From a virus: a stretch of DNA of 64,000 nucleotides. The position numbers and the translations under genes were made by a program. Positions 58,257-64,000 of the stretch are shown piece by piece. Where the stretch lies: the IMG/VR virus record IMGVR_UViG_3300044991_002272; one strand, given 5' to 3'. The number at the start of each line of letters is the position of its first letter. The stretch's first letter is position 1. The notes under the pieces are model-generated. The model saw only the letters and a program-made list of their open reading frames with translations, had not been told where the DNA came from and did not search any database.

Positions 58257-58680
58257 CTTTGCTAACCTTCTCAAAAACGTAGGGCTTGTTCCACTTGCCA
58301 ATTTGAATTGAAATCCACCACCCAACATCAAAATAATCGGCCTGGACATCGCTCCGGTTCCAGTTTCCCATGTTCATCACAGCCATCAGATCATTTAGGC
58401 ACTCCTTGGCCCGATCAGTGAAGTCGCGGTCCACATGATGCACGTTTACATCAATGCAAGTGGGTACAGAGTCTGGACCATAACCCACCCGCTGCCAGCT
58501 GGGCTGAGTGTTGTAGGCGTCAAACCAGTTTTGGCAGAAATTGATCCTACCGGTGCTGATGTTCAAGGTAAGCGTGCTGTGGTCCCTCACGCTCAGCGTG
58601 CCCTTGATGCCATACTTTGCCAGCACACGCTTCACCAGCGGGGCAATCTTCTGCTTGCGCTCTTGGTTCATGTGAGCCAT
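58249..58680 (-). CDS. Hypothetical early protein
   Basis: K..IA..+K.+L.KYG+KG.LS+...STL....N+D.SD...DYFDVGW...I.IG.W.KPY; promoter upstream. Confidence 0.8.
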   Translation of the reverse strand: MAHMNQERKQKIAPLVKRVLAKYGIKGTLSVRDHSTLTLNISTGRINFCQNWFDAYNTQPSWQRVGYGPDSVPTCIDVNVHHVDRDFTDRAKECLNDLMAVMNMGNWNRSDVQADYFDVGWWISIQIGKWNKPYVFEKVSKGV

Positions 58681-58707
58681 CTACCCTACTCCTCGTTGCG
58701 TGGGCTC

Positions 58708-58735
58708 AGTATAGCAGGGGTTAGGAGGTTGTCAA
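58708..58735 (-). promoter_or_regulatory. Early promoter
   Basis: TTGACA-N16-TATACT. Confidence 0.8.
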
Positions 58736-58911
58736 CCGCAAAATTTAGCGTGGCTCGCGCCCACCTCGTGGTAGTGGCGCTGCGCCTCATCGGCACCCAC
58801 GGCATCGGGGCCGCCGAGATGCAGCCCGGCGTACCAGGCATGGTCGAAGCTGCGCCAGAGCGGGTGAATGTCGCCGGGCGGCTCGAGCCAGAGCGGGGCC
58901 TCCAGCGTCAT
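58732..58911 (-). pseudogene. Truncated 5' fragment of a bacterial gene
   Basis: GC-rich MTLEAPLWLEPPGDIHPLWRSFDHAWYAG...HY...G that ends abruptly in phage promoter sequence. Confidence 0.55.
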
Positions 58912-60268
58912 GCGCCCAGGTTCTTGGCGACCGTGGTCGCGGCAGGCTGGCTCATGGCGTGGCGGTCCTCGCTGCGGCGGCTGGGCGGATGAGGACATAA
59001 GTAGGTGAAAAATGCACTTCTGAGAACACGCACAGGCCGATGCGCCGGGATGCGGTAACTCATCCGCCGTAGCCGCGCGGATGGGCTTCGCGCCAGGCCA
59101 GGGCGGTGGCAACGATGTCATCCAGCGCGGCAAGGCGCGGCTGCCAGCCGGTTTCGCGCATGATCCGCGCCGGGCTGGCAACAAGGCGGGCGGGATCGCC
59201 AGGGCGGCGTGGGGCGAAGCGGTGCGGCACCGGGCGGCGGCTGACGCGCTCCACGCTCTGGATCACCTCCAGCACCGAATGCCCGGTGGCGGTGCCGAGG
59301 TTGTAGGTGACGCTGGCGTGGTCGAGCCGGTCCAGTGCGGCGAGGTGGGCGGCGGCGAGGTCGGTGACATGGATGTAGTCGCGGATGCAGGTGCCATCCG
59401 GCGTGTCATAGTCGGTGCCGAACACGGCAAGCTCGGCGCGGCGGCCGAGCATGGCATCGATCGCCAGCGGGATCAGGTGGGTTTCCGGCGTGTGGTCCTC
59501 GCCCAGGCGGCCCTGCGGGTCGGCGCCGGCGGCGTTGAAGTAGCGCAGGCACGCGGAGCGCATGCCGTGGATGCGTTCGGCCCAGCCCAGCGCGCGCTCC
59601 ATCATCCACTTGCTCTCGCCATAGGGGGAGCCGGGGTCGATCGCGGTTTCCTCGTCGATCGGCATGCGGTCTGGCGTGCCGAACAGGGCGGCGGTGGAGG
59701 AGAACACGAAGCGGGGCACGCCGTGCTTCACGCAGGCCTCCAACAGGCGCAGGCCGTTGCCGACATTGGCGGAGAGATAACCGATTGGGTCGCGCATGGA
59801 ATCGCCCACCAGCGACAGCGCGGCGAAGTGGAACACCGCATGCCACGGCCCCTGGGCCAGCACAGCCGCGATCGCATCGGGGTCCTCCAGCGCGCCGGTG
59901 ACCAGCGTGGCGCCGGGGAGCACGGCTTCGCGATGGCCGGTGCGCAGGTTGTCGAACACCACCACCTCCGCGCCCTGGTCGAGCAGGGCGGCGACGAGAT
60001 GGCTGCCGACGAAGCCGGCACCTCCGGTAACGAGAAAGCGGCGTGACATAGCGGCATCCTGAAATGGCCAGCCGGCTAGCCGGCGGGGTCGCGTCCGAGA
60101 ATGGCCGGCTCCTGGGTTGCGATCCAGTGCAGCAGCCCTGTGGGGTCGTATGGGTTGGGGAAGGCACGGCGCAGATCGGCGCGGGCACGCCAGAGCAGGC
60201 GGGCGGGGCGCAAGTCGCCCAGCGGCACAGGGTTGCCATCGAGCGACAGGGCGGTGACGGCGATGCCA
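58748..60268. other. GC-rich host-like DNA insertion
   Basis: Abrupt change to strongly GC-rich sequence with G/C-ending codons; no IS ends or integrase seen. Confidence 0.85.
59060..60049 (-). CDS. galE: UDP-glucose 4-epimerase
   Basis: VTGGAGFVGSH, HFAALS.VG.S, FSSTAA, SPYGESK, LRYFNAAGA, EDH.PETHLIP, DY.T.DGTC+RDYIHV.DLA. Confidence 0.96.
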   Translation of the reverse strand: MSRRFLVTGGAGFVGSHLVAALLDQGAEVVVFDNLRTGHREAVLPGATLVTGALEDPDAIAAVLAQGPWHAVFHFAALSLVGDSMRDPIGYLSANVGNGLRLLEACVKHGVPRFVFSSTAALFGTPDRMPIDEETAIDPGSPYGESKWMMERALGWAERIHGMRSACLRYFNAAGADPQGRLGEDHTPETHLIPLAIDAMLGRRAELAVFGTDYDTPDGTCIRDYIHVTDLAAAHLAALDRLDHASVTYNLGTATGHSVLEVIQSVERVSRRPVPHRFAPRRPGDPARLVASPARIMRETGWQPRLAALDDIVATALAWREAHPRGYGG

Positions 60269-60447
60269 GTCTGTCCTGAGCGTCGACCACCACTGCGGGC
60301 TGCATTTTCCATCACAATCCTCTCACGGGCCTTGAGACAACTGGACTCGCTTGCAAATCCTGGAATAGTTGCCACAGTCATGGCGCTGGATGAGGCAATG
60401 GGCTCGGCCCAAATCATCAAGGTCCAAAGTGTTACGATGGTTAGCAT
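60076..60447 (-). CDS. Chimeric ORF: phage N-terminus fused to a host-like C-terminus
   Basis: Composition switches at ~60268 within one reading frame (..GGRRSGQT | GIAVTALSLDG..). Confidence 0.6.
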   Translation of the reverse strand: MLTIVTLWTLMIWAEPIASSSAMTVATIPGFASESSCLKARERIVMENAARSGGRRSGQTGIAVTALSLDGNPVPLGDLRPARLLWRARADLRRAFPNPYDPTGLLHWIATQEPAILGRDPAG

Positions 60448-60456
60448 GAGGTTATC

Positions 60457-60720
60457 CTAGGCCAGCATCACAAAGTGACCGGCAGCGTAGGTGATTGAGT
60501 CAGGCTTGTCGTCATCCATGTGCTGGTCGTACTCGTCCTCTTGGATCAGTCGGAGGTCTGGCGTGCCGTCCTCAAAGTCAGTAGAGCAGTCCCAGTTGCC
60601 GGTGTAGAGATACTCTGCAAACAGCTGAGCGATCTCCTCCCGCTTGGCGGTGTAGTCTAGACCTTCCTTGAGCAGGGCTGCAATCACTTCGTCAGCTTCC
60701 TGGGTGCAGTTGGTGCTCAT
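60457..60720 (-). CDS. Small acidic hypothetical protein
   Basis: MSTNCTQEAD...; AAGGA RBS. Confidence 0.65.
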   Translation of the reverse strand: MSTNCTQEADEVIAALLKEGLDYTAKREEIAQLFAEYLYTGNWDCSTDFEDGTPDLRLIQEDEYDQHMDDDKPDSITYAAGHFVMLA

Positions 60721-60737
60721 GTTGTGTTCCTTCTCTC

Positions 60738-61046
60738 TTATGCAGACCAATAGCTCTCACTACCGACCGAACAGTGCCACGGGGTATCCGCCCGCTCAAG
60801 GCACACTGCACCCGTCATGAGATTTGTGACCTCACGCATGGGCACCTGCGCACAGTAAGCTTCGGAGGTCATCACCTCATAGTCCGTACGCGGATACTTG
60901 GTGTGATTGAGATATGCATCCATGTCCAGCCGGATCAAGCGAGTCTTGGCAGCACAGGCAGCGGCCTCGGTGCTGTAGCTTTCGCGACCAGTGCGAGGAT
61001 GACGCACAGCACACCGGGTGTTTGCATCTACAACCACAAAGCTCAT
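60738..61046 (-). CDS. Hypothetical early protein
   Basis: Y.TE.AA.AA.TR ... NLMTG....E..DTP..CS...E.YWS; promoter upstream. Confidence 0.75.
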   Translation of the reverse strand: MSFVVVDANTRCAVRHPRTGRESYSTEAAACAAKTRLIRLDMDAYLNHTKYPRTDYEVMTSEAYCAQVPMREVTNLMTGAVCLERADTPWHCSVGSESYWSA

Positions 61047-61073
61047 CTCGTGTGTTCCTTTCTCTGTAGCCGC

Positions 61074-61101
61074 ATGATAGCATATTACGACAGATTGTCA
61101 A
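61074..61101 (-). promoter_or_regulatory. Early promoter
   Basis: TTGACA-N16-TATCAT. Confidence 0.8.
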
Positions 61102-61331
61102 CCTAGATTCAACGCCTTCTCTGCGATTTCCTGACCCCGAAAATTTCCGCTGTTGGGATCGCAGACTCCATTCAAGGACCAACTTGCATCGTCAGCAAAA
61201 ACTGCAAGTGCTGCTCGCAACCGTGTGATCTCGTCAATAGCAACTTGCAATCCTTCAATCCGTGAAGCTTGTGGATCATTTTTCCACACCTCTTCGGAAC
61301 GCTCTTCGTCCAGGAAACGGATGATATCCAT
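61098..61331 (-). CDS. Small hypothetical protein
   Basis: MDIIRFLDEE...; AAGGAG RBS. Confidence 0.65.
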   Translation of the reverse strand: MDIIRFLDEERSEEVWKNDPQASRIEGLQVAIDEITRLRAALAVFADDASWSLNGVCDPNSGNFRGQEIAEKALNLG

Positions 61332-61357
61332 CTTGGTAGCTCCTTCTCTGTAGCCGC

Positions 61358-61385
61358 ATTGTAGCAGGTTTTTGGCCCTTGTCAA
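61358..61385 (-). promoter_or_regulatory. Early promoter
   Basis: TTGACA-N16-TACAAT. Confidence 0.8.
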
Positions 61386-61392
61386 CCGCTAT

Positions 61393-61548
61393 CTAGCCTT
61401 CAAAATCCACATTCAGCCAGGATTCTTCGCTGCCCCAGCTGCCAATTTCCAGCTTGCTGCCGTCGCTGAACTCAATCTCAAGGTAGCCATCACCATAGCG
61501 GGTGACCTTGCTCACCGTCTTGCCCACCATCTTATCCAGCTCGCTCAT
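61393..61548 (-). CDS. Small hypothetical protein (51 aa, not in the ORF track)
   Basis: MSELDKMVGKTVSKVTRYGDGYLEIEFSDGSKLEIG...; AAGGAG RBS. Confidence 0.6.
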   Translation of the reverse strand: MSELDKMVGKTVSKVTRYGDGYLEIEFSDGSKLEIGSWGSEESWLNVDFEG

Positions 61549-61575
61549 GTCGCTTGCTCCTTGCTTAGTGTGCCC

Positions 61576-61603
61576 ATTATAGCAGGTTTTGCAGGGCTGT
61601 CAA
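61576..61603 (-). promoter_or_regulatory. Early promoter
   Basis: TTGACA-N16-TATAAT. Confidence 0.85.
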
Positions 61604-61616
61604 CCAGAATCCAATC

Positions 61617-62060
61617 TCAATCCAGGATTTCCACGGTGACCCGCACCCGCTTGTTCATCATCAGCGCCATCTCGCTATGCAGCCCATCGGGGTCCCAACT
61701 TTGGAGCCGCACAAAGACTCCTTCTCCCGTATCGTGGGAGAAAAACTCCACAATCTGTGCCTGCCCACCATCCTGCACTGCCATTGGAGCCTCGTGCTCA
61801 GCATGTCGACGCAGTCGCCCAGCCGCATCACGCTCGGGCACTACCGTTCGGGTCCATTCAATCTTCACTGGGGTCTCCTTGTTGTAGTAAATCGCATGCT
61901 CAAACAACTCTAGGGAGAGTATAGCCCGGGCTGCACTCTCACAAAGGCAGTTAGCCCCGCAGCGACCATTAGCGTCACATCCGGTCTTAAGCTCGATAGT
62001 TTGGCGCATTTGATGCACAAGCGCCGCTTGCTGCTGTTCTGTGAGCATGTGACCGTTCAC
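61617..62060 (-). CDS. Hypothetical protein
   Basis: 147-aa ORF overlapping the upstream stop. Confidence 0.6.
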   Translation of the reverse strand: MNGHMLTEQQQAALVHQMRQTIELKTGCDANGRCGANCLCESAARAILSLELFEHAIYYNKETPVKIEWTRTVVPERDAAGRLRRHAEHEAPMAVQDGGQAQIVEFFSHDTGEGVFVRLQSWDPDGLHSEMALMMNKRVRVTVEILD

Positions 62061-62371
62061 CTATACCGACTCACACAGCCGCCCCTAGATCCCGGCTTTT
62101 CATGACCCAAGTGTGTGCCAAGGTCACCACACACTGGGCAAGGATCCTCCTCACCAAGCCCGCTGTGATCCATCCTGTCAAACGGGCAAGCCACGGTGGG
62201 CATGTGCGCCTGTTCCTGTGCCACAATCATGGGCACTACAGCAGCTACCGCAGCGTCAACAATGCCACCCAGCATGTCAAGGTTCACTGGCAGCCGATTC
62301 GCTTCAGCGTATCGCACTGCTGCGGCGCGAGCCTTCACACTGATAGGCAGAGGAACTTGTTCGGGCTTCAT
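62057..62371 (-). CDS. Hypothetical protein
   Basis: MKPEQVPL...; AAGGAG RBS and promoter; CPVC motif. Confidence 0.65.
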   Translation of the reverse strand: MKPEQVPLPISVKARAAAVRYAEANRLPVNLDMLGGIVDAAVAAVVPMIVAQEQAHMPTVACPFDRMDHSGLGEEDPCPVCGDLGTHLGHEKPGSRGGCVSRYR

Positions 62372-62393
62372 GGTCGATCTCCTTGTTCTCAGC

Positions 62394-62421
62394 AAAGTAG
62401 CACAGGAAGAGGGATTGTCAA
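62394..62421 (-). promoter_or_regulatory. Early promoter
   Basis: TTGACA-N16-TACTTT. Confidence 0.7.
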
Positions 62422-62579
62422 CCACCCAGTTCCGTCAACCTCTGCCGCACCCGTCGCAGTTGGCGATCCTGGTCTACCACAATCTGCAGGAGCACTTCCA
62501 TCCGTTCATCCTCGCCCACAGGACGCCAATAGTAACCATCAGGCACTTCAATCCTGCCATCTTCAATGCGATAGTCCAT
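62418..62579 (-). CDS. Small hypothetical protein (53 aa, not in the ORF track)
   Basis: MDYRIEDGRIEVPDGYYWRPVG...; GGAGAG RBS. Confidence 0.55.
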   Translation of the reverse strand: MDYRIEDGRIEVPDGYYWRPVGEDERMEVLLQIVVDQDRQLRRVRQRLTELGG

Positions 62580-62590
62580 GGCCGCTCTCC

Positions 62591-62863
62591 TCAATACATG
62601 TCCCGGTAGTCAGCGTCACGCTCCAGCTCACCCTCACGCCGGCTTTCGTCGCGGAGGTTTTCCATACGGTCGTAAAGGGTTCCCACAGCCCAGGGCCGCT
62701 CGCGTTCCCAGCTAAAGGTTTTGGGGTGGCTGTTGAACTCATCGCAGGCCGTTTGGGCCTCAGCTTGGGTGAGATAGACCTCACCTGGCATGTCAGTGTC
62801 GAAGCTGTAGGGGTCGGTATGCACATAGTAGACAACCCAAAGTTCGCTTGTGCTGTAGGGCAT
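62591..62863 (-). CDS. Hypothetical protein, paralog A
   Basis: TSELWVVYYVHTDPYSFDTDMP..., close copy of 63173-63442. Confidence 0.75.
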   Translation of the reverse strand: MPYSTSELWVVYYVHTDPYSFDTDMPGEVYLTQAEAQTACDEFNSHPKTFSWERERPWAVGTLYDRMENLRDESRREGELERDADYRDMY

Positions 62864-62888
62864 CACACGCTTTCTTTCTGTTGTGCCC

Positions 62889-62916
62889 ATTATAGCAGGT
62901 AATCGCCAGCCGTCAA
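62889..62916 (-). promoter_or_regulatory. Early promoter
   Basis: TTGACG-N16-TATAAT. Confidence 0.8.
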
Positions 62917-62938
62917 CCAGAAATTTTGTCAAACCTGT

Positions 62939-63163
62939 CTAACACCACGTTAGCTGAAACAACAGTGCCACATCAGGATCTCGGAATTTGAACTCCAAAG
63001 GGCCATAATGGTAGTACCAGTCGCCCATAAGGACTCCCGCATGAGCGTGGCACCACCGTTTGGCAGCTTCGAAATCAGTATGTGATCCTCGCCCCTTGCG
63101 AGTCCACTGTACTGCATGCCAAGTTTTTGGCGGAGTTTGAAACGCCTTGCGGTTGATGGTCAC
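62939..63163 (-). CDS. Small hypothetical protein (F..xD.A..F.L.W family)
   Basis: Ends in FKFRDPDVALLFQLTW. Confidence 0.7.
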   Translation of the reverse strand: MTINRKAFQTPPKTWHAVQWTRKGRGSHTDFEAAKRWCHAHAGVLMGDWYYHYGPLEFKFRDPDVALLFQLTWC

Positions 63164-63172
63164 GTTTGGCTC

Positions 63173-63442
63173 CTAGTAGCCGTCAGCGTTGCGACGCTCG
63201 TCTCGCTCACCTTCCCGGCGGCTTTCCTCCCGAATAGTCAGCATGCGATCATACAGGCTTTCAACAGAATAGGGATTTTCGCGTTCCCAACTGAAAGTTT
63301 TGGGCATGCTGTTGAGCTCACAGCAGGCAGCTTCAGCCTCCTCCCGCTTGAGGTAGACCGTGTCCGGCATGCCAGTGTCAAAGCTGTAAGGATCAGTGTG
63401 GATATAGACCACAACCCAAAGCTCACTGGTGTTGATTGACAT
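63173..63442 (-). CDS. Hypothetical protein, paralog B
   Basis: TSELWVVVYIHTDPYSFDTGMP... Confidence 0.75.
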   Translation of the reverse strand: MSINTSELWVVVYIHTDPYSFDTGMPDTVYLKREEAEAACCELNSMPKTFSWERENPYSVESLYDRMLTIREESRREGERDERRNADGY

Positions 63443-63467
63443 GGTGCTGTCCTCGCTTGATGTGGCC

Positions 63468-63495
63468 ATTATAGCAGACCTGAGCTGGCTGTCAA
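63468..63495 (-). promoter_or_regulatory. Early promoter
   Basis: TTGACA-N16-TATAAT. Confidence 0.85.
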
Positions 63496-63710
63496 GAGGT
63501 AAAATGTTCTGGGGCTTTGACCAAATCACCGGGAGGTCTAAGGATTGTGGTCTCCTCCGTATCGCCATACCAATGTCGTCGCTCGTATCTGACTCGCACC
63601 TGCTGTGCTGTGAATCCCACAACTGTGCCAACAACCAGGCTCTTGTATCCGTGCGGAGTCAGCGCCACCTTATCACCAACGTTCAAATCCTGACCAAAGA
63701 CGTCTTGCAC
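63492..63710 (-). CDS. Small hypothetical protein (SH3/KOW-like beta fold)
   Basis: D+FG..L.VGD.V........L..G.V..FT...VRV. Confidence 0.65.
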   Translation of the reverse strand: MQDVFGQDLNVGDKVALTPHGYKSLVVGTVVGFTAQQVRVRYERRHWYGDTEETTILRPPGDLVKAPEHFTS

Positions 63711-63731
63711 TATCCGGTACTCCTTGAGATA

Positions 63732-63959
63732 TCAAACTGACACTGGAGTTTCTGGTTCTACATCCAAAACACCCGGGAGGATGCGAGCTGCCTCGGCAAT
63801 AGACTGATCTGCCCTGCCGGTGATCACGCCAATTGCATCCATTACTGTTAACTGCAAGAATCCTATTTTCTTGAGCTCAACAACCACATTATGTGCCTGT
63901 TGAGTTCCATCGAGCGTGACAAGCCAAACTTGTAGATCTCTGTCCTGCTGGTGATTCAT
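63732..63959 (-). CDS. Small hypothetical protein
   Basis: 75-aa ORF with GAGG RBS; a partial promoter (TGCTATAGT) lies at the window end. Confidence 0.6.
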   Translation of the reverse strand: MNHQQDRDLQVWLVTLDGTQQAHNVVVELKKIGFLQLTVMDAIGVITGRADQSIAEAARILPGVLDVEPETPVSV

Positions 63960-64000
63960 GAGCTTTCCTCGTTTGTGTGACCACTATAGCAGGCTTTAGG

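Noticed and set aside
59081-60305. Long alternative-frame ORFs over galE
   Set aside because: Expected from stop-codon scarcity in GC-rich DNA; galE motifs are unambiguous in one frame.
1-64000. tRNA genes, introns, inteins and IS elements
   Set aside because: No cloverleaf with T-loop/CCA found in the intergenic spaces inspected; core genes appear uninterrupted; no transposase. This was not an exhaustive scan, so tRNAscan-SE and Infernal should confirm.

Overview
This is a 64-kb segment of a large T4-like (jumbo-type) myovirus genome. Positions 1-46 kb hold mostly late and structural genes: neck, tail completion, major capsid, scaffold, prohead protease, portal, collagen/Gly-rich fibres, a tape-measure-like protein and baseplate/gp5. 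The same part also carries gp46/gp47 recombination genes, a gp55-like late sigma factor, three free-standing homing endonucleases, pstS and a tRNA nucleotidyltransferase. Many late genes are preceded by TAAATA. Positions 46-64 kb are an accessory/early region on the minus strand: SNF2 helicase, pyrB, purM, purN, UDP-glucuronate decarboxylase, methyl- and glycosyltransferases, and many small ORFs behind TTGACA-N16-TATAAT-like promoters. A GC-rich host-like fragment there carries galE. The host is probably a high-GC alphaproteobacterium (inference). The most notable observations are: (1) a 269-aa protein resembling the WED/REC half of TnpB without a complete RuvC domain, next to about 500 nt of structured non-coding sequence; (2) a clear -1 frameshift signal joining the gp26-like ORF to a small downstream ORF, like tail chaperones G/GT; (3) a ligase-like + HxGH nucleotidyltransferase + Acb1-like triple fusion whose domain borders look like prohead-protease sites; (4) twin boxB-like hairpins behind a gene with an Arg-rich helix; (5) a recently captured galE fragment with a chimeric junction ORF. 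All assignments are by eye from sequence motifs; no database searches or folding programs were run, and coordinates around 26.9 kb may be off by 1.
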